Assembly (NCBI RefSeq): GCF_006345805.1
Contig: NC_043006.1
Span: 50,158,001-50,222,000 of the forward strand
Length of the DNA: 64,000 bases
Source of the DNA: Octopus sinensis
Taxonomy: Eukaryota
Direction: 5' to 3'
The stretch's first letter is position 1; the number at the start of each line of letters is the position of its first letter. The notes under the pieces are model-generated. The model saw only the letters and a list, made by a program, of their open reading frames with translations, was not told the origin of the DNA and did no database searches. Below are positions 1-12,659 of this stretch, one piece after another. The translations under genes were made by a program, and so were the position numbers.

Positions 1-215
1 GTATAGTTAATCCAAACATGAATAAAGAGAAAACACAACAACACGAAGACGTGGAACAAGTATAGTGTTATTGGATGCTCAGGAAAAGAAAGAAAGAAAG
101 AAGGAGGATTTAACGTTTCGAGTGGAGCTCTTCGTCAGAAATATAGAAAAAAAGAAAAGTCCAAGGAAGGGAAGACAGAGAAAGAAAATCGTCAACGATA
201 CACACGCGGTGACAT
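1..215 (-). mobile_element. Short non-autonomous repeat carrying a minimal hammerhead-ribozyme core (family A, copy 1; runs off window start)
   Basis: Reverse complement of 3890-4105. Minus strand reads attt-CTGACGA-a-GAGC-tcc-ACTC-GAAAC-GTT-aaat at about 109-142. Confidence 0.7.
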
Positions 216-522
216 ATTGAAATGCATGTATGTATGTATGTATGTATGTATGTATGTATGTATGTATGTATGTATGCTTACATGTATGAATATATAGTTC
301 ATAGATGAGATTAAGATATTCTCCGTATAGAATACACTCTGTAGTGTCCAAGAGATTTAAACTTGAGTGAGTATAGTAGTTAATGTCGGGATAAGCAAAT
401 TAGACAGATCGAAATATAAAGTATATTAAATACATAAAATGTAAAAAAATGTATATATGTATATATATTATTTGCCTATCTCTACATTTACTTCTATATA
501 TGAATATATATATGTGTGCGTT

Positions 523-555
<33 letters not shown>

Positions 556-869
556 TGTGTGTGTGTGTGTGTGTGTGTGTGTGATGTAAATTACTGCTCC
601 AAAGGGCTCAGAGAACAAATGTTAATTTGAATATAATAAATTGAAAAACACATCATGCTATGTTCTTCTATTTTACTGGATTCCGTCACTCAATGGAGTC
701 CAAATAATTGATGAGCAGCAGACTGCCGAGACCCACCTTTTAGAGTTTAGTCGATAATATCAACTCAAACACTTAATTTCGAATTGATTTTAATGGTTTC
801 TAATTACTGAGTAGCTAAGTTTATAAGAGTCGCTGTTTTTTTAAGGAGAACTTTTCCATATAACTGAAA

Positions 870-1980
870 TCAAACAACTGAAATATATTGAAAGCGAAAT
901 AAATTTAACTGCGCACAAACCAGCAAACAAACAGTCTTCCCAGACATGGCGAGCTTCCAATGAAATTATTGACCGCAAAAGTACAATTAAGTTGAAACTA
1001 AAAGCCACAAATCTGCAGGAATTACGAAACTAATGGAAGGAATATTTCCAAAACCTCCTCTTTAATACTCCAGTATTTCAGAAAGACCTATAGAAACTGT
1101 TGTTAGACATGATCTAGATATCAAATTTTGTAATTTCACATTAGGTGAACTAACTGGAGTGCCTAAAATGCCTAAACACAGGAAGCAGCTGTATTAGAAA
1201 ATATATAACTAGATGATTGAAAAACAGGCATTTAATGATATTCTCTTTCAATGTTACAGTGCAGTTTATAATCACAACCAAATTGAAATGCGAACTTAAG
1301 ATTGTATTCTATTTCCCAAGAAAAGTAATTCAGACGAGGCTAAAATTACTGAGTGATTAGTCTTAGAGTGTAATAGCAATAACTACTTATTGTTAAACCA
1401 TAGACAGTCGGAGGTCGTAAAGTTGTTTCGAAGAAAGCAAAGCAGGTTCAAGAAAAACTGGTTTACTTGTGGAAAGATATTAATAGTCAAAAGGATCGCT
1501 GTGAGAGCCAGGCCATCATATTGCTTGTAGACTTCTCAAAAACTTTCGACTCAGTCCATTGAGACAAAACGGAATATCTCCTTCTTACATGTGGTTCAGA
1601 TCAAGAAGTAGGGGCAGCAATAATGATGTTCTGCACAAGAGCTAAAGTACGATCATCTGCTAAAGTACGATTAGCTGGAGACATCGATTTCTTCAATATC
1701 AAGGGAGGTATCTTGCAAAATGATACGCTTATACAATTCTAGTTTACTTTCTGCCTAGACTATCATCTGCACTTCAACTGACAAAAAAAAAAAAAAGAAC
1801 TCGGATTCACGCTCACAAAGTCCACTTTCGTTGGTCACACATCTCTAACAACCTAAAAACAACAGAAGCAGATAATGTTGATAATATCGATCTCTTCGTA
1901 GTTACCATCTCAGAAGCTACCATCCTTCTACATCACCTTGAAAAGGAGCAGAAGATATTACTCTTTATACCAGTGTCTTA
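870..1980 (+). pseudogene. Decayed non-LTR retrotransposon reverse transcriptase (RTE group, RTEX-like)
   Basis: Manual translation gives FPKKSNSDEAKNY*VISL (~1313-1365), LVDFSKTFDSVH (~1524-1560) and GDIDFFNIKGGILQNDTL...CLDY (~1677-1762). These match the PKKGD..NYRGISL, VDFSKAFDS and GVLQGDTL RT motifs, with stops and frameshifts. Confidence 0.8.
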
Positions 1981-3005
1981 ACGTATGCATTGTTGTTTAG
2001 CGCCGATCAACTCTAATTGAGCTGAGATATAATCAAAACCATTCCAGAAGTGACAATTCGATCTTTGTGTACTTTCTAGAATTAAATTGTTTACAGTGTC
2101 TGTTGTAGTCCTTTGTCGGACTGTTGTAACGCTCACTCTGCAATAGCAGAATAGTTAGATAGAAAAGACACGACTACCCCTCTATGACCGACTACCTCCG
2201 ACGACTGCTCGAGGTCACCGTATTTGTAGCGACTTTCACATACCACTCGTCACATGTGAGGAGTGTTCTATTATTACTATTATCCCTGTAACAGTGTCCT
2301 ACTTTTTAAAAAGACAGGTGAGCGATTTGAAGGAAATTCAGATCGTGCAACTACATAAATGCACCCACGTTCACTCATCTTTTATAGTGTTGAGTGAGCC
2401 ACGCTTATTATTATAGTCAGCCCACCGCAGCTGCAGCATAATACGTATCAACCATGTACATTGTATAGTCAGTCGACTATGCCACAATATCCGCCAAACA
2501 CGCGAAATCATTTTTAATAAATTATAAAATGTAATTAGAATACTTTCTTTCATAAAATTCTGGTTACATCTTCCATTTCATTTATTTACAGAATAAAGCA
2601 AACATTTGCCAGTGAGTGTACCTTTACGTGATTGCTCAACCGGCTATCTAGAAACAGCCTACAAATTGCTCGCCTATCATATTTCAACCGTTTCATATAA
2701 GACAATATGTCTTGAAGCCTTGTGACCATATAACTGCTCAATCAAAGCAGATATGGACAAACAACATCAACTACTACAACAGCAGTTTTTTTTTACCGAC
2801 GCAAACATTTTTATAAATATGGTTCACCACCAAATAGACATTAAAATGGTCAAGACAGAAAATATCGATCTTTTATTGGCGTCGAGGGAAAGCAAAGAAT
2901 ACAGATTGAATACAAATGAAATACTTATTGAAAGACAGAGATCCAAGGAAGAATATATAGTGTGCTATCGACCTTTGTGTAGCAACATTAAAATGTATTA
3001 CATCA

Positions 3006-3082
3006 ATTCGGCTTTCAGTCTTATCTTTTACAAAATCGTGCAGTGATTTAAATAGGTGTCTACATTTCTCTGCGTTATAGTG

Positions 3083-3084
<2 letters not shown>
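3006..3084. repeat. 79-bp unique sequence with an exact inverted copy at 4398-4476
   Basis: attcggctttcagtc...ttatagtgaa is the exact reverse complement of ttcactataacgc...gaaagccgaat. Confidence 0.95.
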
Positions 3085-3123
<39 letters not shown>

Positions 3124-3275
3124 GTGTGCGTGCGTGTGTGTGTGTGTGTGTGTGTGTATGTATGCATGCATGCATGTATGCATGTATGTATAAAACGCAC
3201 TGGAACCTATGATCTTTTAAATGGCGGTGTTTCAGTGTGGTCAAAGCCGTCGGGCTGGAGCGCAAAAAGGAACAC

Positions 3276-3312
<37 letters not shown>

Positions 3313-3366
3313 CATACATACACACATACATACATACATACATACATACATACATACATACATACA

Positions 3367-3397
<31 letters not shown>

Positions 3398-3817
3398 GTA
3401 TATATATATACTTTATTGATAAACATACAATATTCTCTTCCACCACAATGAGGAAATAGTGGGTCGATCTGAATAGTTTAAGCCTTAAGTGAAAGAACAT
3501 CTATCTGTTGTCAACAGAGAAATTAGCAGAATAAGCTTATAACTATTTACAGTGGGGCACTCGTGTGTATAACTAGCATAACAGTATATGCACTAGCAAA
3601 GTGGTTAATTAATTAATGATGCATTACAAAATATTTCTTAATATGATTTGAAAAGAAATGGATGTTGTAACTTTTTAATAAGCATATTTTAGTCTCGTAG
3701 AGAAATTTAAACATAGTAGCCACGTTACAAGTTAAGTTTTCACAATATAGTGAAGTGAATGAAGTAATTAATATTGCTCTGCTCAGTGCTGTTGTAAAAT
3801 TTGAAATGTAATGTCTA

Positions 3818-3879
<62 letters not shown>

Positions 3880-3889
3880 CTCTCTCTCC

Positions 3890-4105
3890 CTTGACCGCCT
3901 GTGTACCGTTGGCGATTTTTTTTCCTCCGTCTTCCCTTCTTTGGATCTTTCCTTTTCCTATGTTTCTGACGAAGAGCTCCGCTCGAAACGTTAAACCCTC
4001 CTTCTTTCTTTCCTTTCCTGAGCGTCCAATAATACTATACTTGTTCCACGTCCTCGCGTTGTTGTGTTTTCTCTTTGTGTTTTCATGTTTGGATTAACTA
4101 TATAT
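3890..4105 (+). mobile_element. Hammerhead-core repeat, family A copy 2
   Basis: gttt-CTGACGA-a-GAGC-tcc-GCTC-GAAAC-GTT-aaac at 3962-3996; ends in (TA)n. Confidence 0.75.
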
Positions 4106-4115
4106 ATATATATAA

Positions 4116-4315
4116 CGCCATGATAGACCGTTAGCTCCTACACGCATTTTTTTTCTTTCCTTGTTTCTTTTCTGTGTATCTTTCTGTCGAAGAGCGTGGG
4201 CTCGAAACGTAAAAGACTTGTTCTATTTCTATTCCTGAGCGCCATACTAATACATTTGTTTGTTTGTACTCCACCTGCCTTCGTCTTTTGTTTATTTTCG
4301 TAAACCTTCCCGTTA
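4116..4315 (+). mobile_element. Hammerhead-core repeat, family B copy (CTGTCGA core variant)
   Basis: tcttt-CTGTCGA-a-GAGC-gtgg-GCTC-GAAAC-GTA-aaaga at about 4179-4216. Homologous to 12660-12866, 18712-18895, 25440-25652 and 63790-63950; ends in (TA)n. Confidence 0.7.
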
Positions 4316-4318
4316 TAT

Positions 4319-4391
<73 letters not shown>

Positions 4392-4397
4392 TATATA

Positions 4398-4472
4398 TTC
4401 ACTATAACGCAGAGAAATGTAGACACCTATTTAAATCACTGCACGATTTTGTAAAAGATAAGACTGAAAGCC

Positions 4473-4476
<4 letters not shown>
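4398..4476. repeat. Inverted copy of 3006-3084 embedded inside a (TA)n tract
   Basis: Exact reverse-complement match, with (TA)n on both sides (4318-4397 and 4477-4523). Confidence 0.95.
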
Positions 4477-4526
<50 letters not shown>

Positions 4527-4649
4527 GTGCCAAGGGAGAAACGTTTGTACGTAGGGGATATGTGCGTGTGCATTACGCATGTTTACCTGTTTGCGTGTGT
4601 GCATATCCATGTCTGCAAATACACACTACTTATCACTGCATGTAGTATT

Positions 4650-6660
4650 ATAATTTTTTTAAAAATAAGTTTTAATTTCATATATAATGTGAATATTTTA
4701 CTTCTCCATCACGTATTCTTTCTATTACTTGTTACAGACAAGTTTTCAGCAATTTATTTCAATAACATTTTTCTCTTATATGTTTGCTTATATGGCATTT
4801 CAATGAGAAAAGTTTACCACAAAGACTTACATTATTAATGAGGTTATCTATAAAATAAACTTTGACAATTAATAACGAGTAGATTTTTCCTTTGGGTATA
4901 ATTGTGGATTACAAGATAACTCATAATATTTTCGTGCAAATTTCACTCTGATCATTTTTTTTCTTCTCAAGTCTGTATTCATCTGCGATTTACAAGTGTA
5001 TTCATGTTTCACGTGGAATAATCTCTTACATATTTTGCGTTCATGTTTTTGTTTTCCTTTGCATATTCATTTATCAACTTCAGATATTTAGCAGAAATGT
5101 TTCGCTTAATCAAGAGCACATTTGTAGATTACATGATGTGAATTAAAAAATATATATTTTCTCTAACATTTACTTGGTAGACAGAATTTTTCATGTTTCG
5201 CACCTGAAAAGCTGTGTACATGTCTCTGCTGTTGCCTCATATTTTCCAGTGATAAGACTTTTCGGCATTGCATAATTTTTAGTGAACTACAGTTTTAGTA
5301 AATTACCAAAGATAGATTCTCCATATATTTCAGAATGAAAAAAAAAAAAATTCCTTCGCTGCTTGTTCTTTCGTGTTTGATTAAATCATTATTATTGGCA
5401 AAATATTTTCTACCATAAATAATAATTTTCCCTAGTGTATATTATTCTTGTGATATATTTTAATCTCCAGTGTGACTATGTTTGTGCATAAAACGTTTCA
5501 AAGTATCAAAGGAAGTTTATTCATTCCATATTTTACAATATGTGTGTATTACATTGTCTTTCCAAACTACTATTGGGTTGTCCGGAAAGTTCGTGCCGAT
5601 TTTTAATGGAAAGAAAAAGGTCAATAAAGACTTGCCATTACATTTTTAATCTACCAAATATGAAACATTTTGTTGCACAATGCGTCTCCAACTTTCCTTT
5701 AATTTGAAAATACCCTCTTCCCAGAATTGAGGCGGTTTCATGGCAAAGAATTCATCAAGCTATCTTTTTACGTCATCCAAGGAATTGAAATTTTTACCAT
5801 TAAGACTATTCAGCAGGGACCTGAATAAGTGGAAATCCGAAGGAGCAATATCTGGTGAATATGGAGGGTGGAGTAACACATCCCAGCCGAGCTGCAGCAA
5901 TTTTTGTCTGGTTCCCAAAGCTTCAAGTGCCGAAAATGAACTTTCTTATCTTCCATTTTAAAGGGTTATAAAATTAACACAGGTTATAGGAACATAAATC
6001 TTCTTCCACGGAAAGATAGCTTAAACTAAATGGAGGTGTAGTCAAATCCTATTTTATGGACTCAACCATGTTCTAAAATAAGTCGAAAGGTAAGCTACTA
6101 TAAATCAGCATGAACTTTCCGGACAACCCAATATTTCATAGCGGAAATTTTTCTTCAGTGAATATTCTCTTGTTACTTCAAGATGATAATTATCAACGAA
6201 TGACTTTCCAAATATTTTACGATAATAGGGTTAAGATTTTTTGCATAATTCACAGTGATAGGAGTTTTTTTTATCCAAAATAATTCGGTATGTGGATAAG
6301 AAAAGTTCAACTGGTGAAATATCTATTACATGTTTTATTGTGGAAAGATGTATGTAACTTTGTACTATGCTAAAACATTATTGGAGATAAAATATTTCTC
6401 ACATATTTCGCAGGGACATGTCTTTTTCTCCGGTGTGACTACGTATTCTCAATGAATGATTTCCACATACTTCATAGTGGAAATGTTTTTTTCCTCAGCG
6501 TATCTTATTTTGTGGTAAATTACTTTTACTGACAAAAGGTATCTTACATATTTCACATTGAATATATTTGTATACTCATAACTGAATCCATATTGATAAA
6601 ACTTGTTGTGACCTCGTGATTAATGATCTCCACATAAATTCTAGATGAATTCTTTAAAAA
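4650..6660 (-). pseudogene. Decayed tandem C2H2 zinc-finger array, split by a mariner insertion
   Basis: Minus-strand fragments: CEICKIPFVSKSNL (~6500-6545), SHTGEK then PCEICEKYF (~6400-6440), YHCELCKKS (~6235-6262), PYYRKIFGKSF...KRIFTEEK (~6150-6230) and MHKHSHTGD (~5463-5490). Many stops and frameshifts. Confidence 0.75.
5573..6131 (-). mobile_element. Internally deleted mariner element (559 bp) with TIRs and TA target-site duplication
   Basis: Left TIR TTGGGTTGTCCGGAAAGTTCGTGCCGATTT pairs with right AAATCAGCATGAACTTTCCGGACAACCCAA. TA at 5571-5572 and 6132-6133. Minus strand keeps the N-terminal MEDKKVHFRHL and the C-terminal LGWDVLLHPPYSPDIAPSDFHLF. Confidence 0.92.
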
Positions 6661-9440
6661 GGGGCATTATCTGCGACTCTTATCTATTAGAGTTCAGTTC
6701 CTAGACTTGGATATCATAGACGTTTTATATGTGTGGAAAATAAGCCGTGTAGAAATAAATGTTGATTTGTTGAATTTTGTAAAAAAAATACTGCATTGCA
6801 CGATTTCTTAATTCGTATTCATATTTCCATAATGCTTTATACAAAATCTTTCACGATAAATTGAAATGTGCAGACGTGTCTGTTATGATTGTTGAATAAG
6901 AAACTCGCGGGTTATATTTGAGCAACAAAGTAGAGAAAATAAGATTTGAAAACGCATTCAAGAAAAAACAAATATCAATTTTTCTTTCCGAATAAGATGC
7001 TTTGGCTGTCGCGGAAGCTGTTCTTATAGTCAGGAGAGGCGATTTGCTTCACCTTTTTACCAGTGAACATTTGTGAAGCAAGAACGTGTTGGAGAGACAG
7101 TAGTTTGTCATGTGCAAACTAGTGCCACAGGCAGTGAATGTCGAAAGGATGATTCTAAAATATTCCGCCCTCAATATTTATTTATTTCTGTATGGTAAGT
7201 AGTGTTAATTGGAAATATTATATAAAATCATTGCCAGTTAATCATTGTTTTTTTTTATATAAATAATCCTTCGATTATTCTCACACATAACGACACATAT
7301 TGGCACACTCACTTATTCAAATATATTGGGAAAAGTTTTTCTTTTAGACGTGTGATGAAAACAACTATGTTTATATTTTAACATCATTATAAGTTTTTTT
7401 AAAAAAATATTTTCTGTCTTTTTGTATTTGTACCTTGCAGGTCGTTTGGATGAAAAATGTTCCGAAACTCCTCCAGTGTTGAAAATGTTACTGACGTTTG
7501 TAACAGCCTCCTTTATTAGAAGTGAATGGGATTTGTGTATACTTTGAGGCGAGATTTCGAAATTTGAGGATTTCATTTTTATGTCAGTCATTTACATATA
7601 TTTTGTTTATGACGTGTATATACACATATATATCGTGTACATGCCATGTATATGTTGCAACTGTGTTGTGTTGCGAGTAATACTATCAGTAATCATATGC
7701 TTTTGTGTGAAATTCTATATGATATAGCTGTATTATCCACTATTTGTTTTCTAATCAAGTTTTGGTTGAAGCTGAGTTGCATCGTGTATTGCAATTGCTT
7801 CTTGTTTCAAGCACGCGGTGAGCTTACGAGAGAGTATTTCGCGCGTATGCATAATGTAACAGTAAATATAACAAAGTATAAAACTTCTCTTTTAAATCAA
7901 ATCTATTTATTTCATTGATCATTTGTGGCAAGATCTTCTTAGTTTATATATTGCTGAAAAAGGAGAGTTTTATTTTAGCGATTTTGTTGCACATTATTCG
8001 TAGTAGTAGTAACGTTTGGTTCGGTGCGATACTTTTTGCATTTATTTTGGTTTGGTGCAGTGTATGTTGTGTTCCATTCTATGAGATCATTTTGATGATG
8101 TGTTCTTTTGTTATATCGGTTAGTATGCAATTAATTCACACACAGGATTGATTGACTTAACGATCTAATTGGTTACACGTTTTTAATCGTTAAATGAAAG
8201 ATCCCTAAGTAATACCATAAATGATGGTTATGTTCACGCCGATAAGATTTTACATATGATATTTTTAAAAGTGTTAAATAATAGACAATAAAATAGCAGT
8301 TTTGCTACAACCGATGAATTAATGCATCTTACATAAAATTTATCAATTTATCAATATTATCTTGCTGCCATTATAGTCATATCTTTTCTTCGTAAACCAT
8401 AAGAACCGTTAGATCTACTAAGATCTGTGGCAATCTTTCTCCTTTGATCCAGATTTGAATACACAGCCCTTTAAGAGTGAAAGAATAAACAAGAGATTCT
8501 TGCTCATTCTTTCTCCTTATTTGGTCTCCTTCTTCAGCTTTTACATAATGTTCTTCCATTTCATGATGCCTTCGTTTGAAAGATCTTGTTCATGTAACTA
8601 AAAGAAATCAATTATGTAATTCATAAAAACATCAAGATAGAATTGATTAGCAATATCAACGATTGTTTCCATTTTATTTAGAACAATATCTAAGGCTCTT
8701 CAAATCCTGAAAAAGTGTCAATAACTTGAGAGCAGAAGTTCTTTCAAACGTCATTCTTATTTTTTCCAGGCTTTGTTTATTGATTTTACTGCACCTAACA
8801 CACTGAATGATTTTCCAAAATTCTTTCACTCACAAATACGGTATATTAGCTGATATAAAGTGTACCGAAAATAATATGCTTTGAATGTTGAAACAACACT
8901 TTGGCCCATTGTTTGCAAAGGTAGTGTTGTATTTGGCCCCACAAACATTAATATCTATCTAACATTTAATTGAAGATTGTGGATTACAAGATATATCTCA
9001 TTAGCGTATGAAAAAGAATCAGGCATTCACTTTCTGTTTGGTAATTATAATGTCTTTAATTGTCTTGGTATTTTCCACAAGATCTTAACTTACAATTATT
9101 GTCTTTAGTTGCTTACAATAAATTCAAACAATCATTATTTACTTTAAAATGTTGTCTCGATGATTTGTCTTTTGTTATGTGACTACGTTTTGACATACGC
9201 TTCGAAGTATACGGTTTTCTCTACATTAACAATTTGTGATTATATTTTATTATATTTTACTATTATTTCTCCAAACTGTTTCCCGAACAAATTTACTGCT
9301 TCAATATCGGTCCTCGTAGCTACTCCCTGCACCATTGCATTATAAAAACAGCTTGTTTTTATATCTATAAAGACAGTCACCTTCCTCCTGTTTTGAAGCG
9401 TATTAATGATAGATAAGTATTTAACACAAATAACGGCTTA

Positions 9441-11166
9441 CAACCGTGGGAAAAAGTTTAGCACCACCGAAGTTTTCGAGTGTTTTAAAGGATACATCCT
9501 TGATATTATTGCTAACGATAATATTTACTTAATGTTATTAAAATAGACAATAGTTTTATCCTTGACCTTGTTTACAAAGTAGCAGTGTTTACTTTTGCAA
9601 CTAATGTTAATAATATGTGGTATTTAGATTAATGGTGTGTTTTGTCTGGTAGTTACCTAATTTCAGGTAAATTGCATTCTTGTCCCAGTTGTATTTGTAA
9701 TTTCTTTTCATATTTATTGCTAGTTTATAATACTTTTGTTGCATACCAGTGCGTAAATAGCTTGTTCATTTTTTTTGCCTGTACATTTTACATTTGGACA
9801 ACTTTTACAAAGAATGCTGTGGGCACTGTATTGTACAAATATAGTCCATGCACGCGAGCTTTTTATATAGCAATTGTATTTTCTTTTTTACATATTATTC
9901 ATTAATAGTTTAAGCCCTTTTGCATATATTCATTATCTTTTTGCACATGCTGTACATGTGTAAACATTTTCTAAATCTATATGTTTACTTTGCAGAATGG
10001 GATGAAATAGTGAACTTTTTTGTGAAGTCCGTGCACAAATCATTGCTCTTCATGATGAAAGATTTTCATGCCGAGCCATAACCTCTCGACTAAATTACTA
10101 CAGTTGTTAGAACAATTAAAAGTATGTTGAACAAGAAAACTTTGAAAGCAGATCCAGAAGTGAAAGACCAAGCGTTTTTACTTCATATCAGACGAGAACA
10201 ATTAAACGTTTGGTTGCCGAAAATCTCCGGCTAACATCTGCTGGTAGATATCCGAAAACATCTGCCTGGTGCAACTACATCAAGAATAATAAGTTGCCAA
10301 CTACCAGAACAATTCGGAATTTGTTGTTTAGGAAACTGAAATTGCGTGCCAGACGGCCAGCTCGAAAACCACTATTGAATGAACGCAAGTACTGCAAGTG
10401 GACAGTTCAACAATGGAAGCAAGTTCTCTTTTCAGATGAGCGCACATTCCAGCAGTTTGGGGCATAATGTTAACTGGGTTCGTAGACCAGTTAAGTGTCG
10501 TTTTGTGCCCAAATACATCGTCTCTACGAGGAAGCACCCTGTCAGCATAATGGTTTGGGGTTGTTTTAGCTGGTATGGAGGTAGAAGATTTTACTTTCTA
10601 CAAAAGGGAAGAACTGTCAATTCCAAGATCTATCAAGAAGTCATGGAAGAAAAAATGCTTCCATGTATGGAGAGTCACTAGACGACTATTTTCCAGCAAG
10701 ATAATGCTCCTTGCCACACCTCAGAAACAATGAAGGCATTCTTCCCCCGAGCAAAGATCAGTGTTATAAGATGGCCCGGCAAGAGCCCGGATATCAAGCC
10801 TTTTAGGAAACCTTTGGTTGATTATGAAGAAGAAAGTTTCTTCTAAACATCCTCCAAACGTTGAAAAATTGAAGGCATCCATAAAGGAAGTGTGGGTCAA
10901 AGAAATTGATCCGGATGTTTGTCGTAGGCCGGTACAGAGTCTGCTGACACTTCTCGAAGAAATTATTTGAAACAAAGGCTACACTACCAGATACTGATAT
11001 GTCTAGAAATTGTACTTGTAATAACGTTTTTAGTGTTATTCATTCATGGTGCTAGCTTTGTATTTGCAGAAATGTTTGATTTTGTGATAAAATGAAATGA
11101 TTTACGTCTTGTGTTATGTGTTTTTGATGAAAATTAAAGGTGGTGTTAAACTTTATTTCATAGCTC
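9441..11166 (+). mobile_element. Tc1-like DNA transposon, transposase inactivated
   Basis: 28-bp imperfect TIRs (CAACCGTGGGAAAAAGTTTAGCACCACC vs reverse complement GAGCTATGAAATAAAGTTTAACACCACC), with TA at 9439-9440 and 11167-11168. Motifs RPARKPLL, WKQVLFSDE, KHPVSIMVWGCFS, IFQQDNAPCHT and WPGKSPDI. Confidence 0.92.
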
Positions 11167-11334
11167 TACATCAAAAACTTGTTCAATCCATTTACTACTG
11201 AAATTAGATATATACTCTCAAAATTTCATTACTCTTAACTACTGTAAGTAGTTTTATATAAACAATACATTTTTTTGTTGAGAAATGTCATGTTCGAAGT
11301 TCGAACCTACTTTTTGTAGAGATACCGTTTACTT

Positions 11335-11726
11335 TTTCTTTGATCTTTTGCATGTTTCAGTCATTAGACTGTGGCCATGTTGGTACACCGATTTGAAGGG
11401 TTTAGTCGAATAAATCGGCTCCATTACTTTTTTTCTTTCTAAACCTGGTACTTATTCAACCGGTCATTTTTTTGTCGAACTGCCAAGTTACAAGGACGTG
11501 ATCAAAACGACATCGGATGTCAAGAGGTGGTGAGTGACAAATACACACACAAACACACACACAGGACGAGATTCGATTAGTTTCCATCTACCATATTCAC
11601 CCACAAGACTTTGGTTGGCCCGGGGTTATATTAGAAGACACTTGGCCAAGGGGCCATACAGTGGGATTGAACCCGGAACCATGTGGTTGGGAAACAAACT
11701 TCTTACCACACAGCTACACTTGTGTC
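11335..11726 (-). mobile_element. tRNA-derived CORE-type SINE (family A, octopus OK/OR-like)
   Basis: Homologous to 46964-47380: tRNA-like head, CCTTGG(G)CAAGTGTCTTCT core, central (CA)n and a ...TGACTGAAACA... tail. Confidence 0.8.
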
Positions 11727-12659
11727 TGTTTATTATATTACCGAGAATATTGAGGCAACATGACTTGCAGAAAATAACAACTCTATTTCTTGGTAGATCT
11801 TCAACATCATTACTGGAATAACCATGACATTTAATTTCGCAGTTAAATGGCTAATCGTTACGAGAATAAAACTGAATACTTCATTATTATGTACTCTCGA
11901 AGATTGCTGCATAGTCTGTATACTTCTATATTTTTGTTCAGATATTTTTCTTTATCAATAAACATTTTAGATACAGTTGACTAAACCATACAAAATTTTA
12001 AAGATAAATCTTTAACGGTTTTCCAGTCCTTTCGATTAAATTATGATCTTGTATTTTGTTTCTAGAGTTTATTGTTCCCATTTCTTTATACTATCGATAG
12101 CATTTCATACCATACTAGTTTTTTCGCTTGGGCCTAATAGAAGGGTGAATTAATTCAAGAGTTTTAAACAAAGGAGTAGTGGAGAGTTTGTGAACGCAGT
12201 ATGAGCATATGACGTCAGCAAGCAAGCAAGCTTAATAACTGGCTAAAAGTACGAACTCTCACGAGTATATTATCGATGTGTATTGAAGCAATTGAGCAGT
12301 TAAATGAATGGTTAACAATTATTTTATGCAATTAACTTTTAAATTATTATCATTATGATTAAAAACGTATGAAAGCAGGTGATTGTTAAGCGAAGTAATG
12401 ATGTAGTACACTTTGTATATGACCTGCGTATTTCTACTAGGCGTAATGTCTGATATATTTGTTGCGCTATATTTATGCTTGTATTCTCTTGTGCCTTAGG
12501 TTACTGGTCTGTTAGAATAAATAATGTTCATTAGTGTATAATTTACTGTGTCGATTTCTAATGCAACTTGTAAATAAAATCGCCAATAAGTTGTAAAAGC
12601 AGAATCTATTCAAAACTGACTGGTTTTTAGTGGAACACTCATTCAAATACCCTCACAAT

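Larger units (their letters stand above)
8340..12135 (-). mobile_element. Tigger/pogo-like transposase relic in three pieces (11727-12135, 11167-11330, 8340-9440), interrupted by a Tc1 element and a SINE
   Basis: Minus strand: GPKRKTS (~12110-12130), TLETKYKII and STVSKMFIDKEKY (~11950-12060), QIVNVEKTVYF.KRM (~9200-9245), GPNTTLPLQTMGQ (~8905-8945), EFWKSFSVLGAVKSINKAW (~8765-8825) and EQDLSNEGIM...FTLKGL (~8460-8600). These match Tigger CENP-B HTH, DDE and C-terminal patterns. TIRs not found. Confidence 0.7.

Noticed and set aside
7195-7600. Plus-strand donor (ATG|GTAAGT) and acceptor (CCTTGCAG|G) as gene exons
   Set aside because: The following frame closes after about 35 codons with no recognisable product; unsupported without transcript data.
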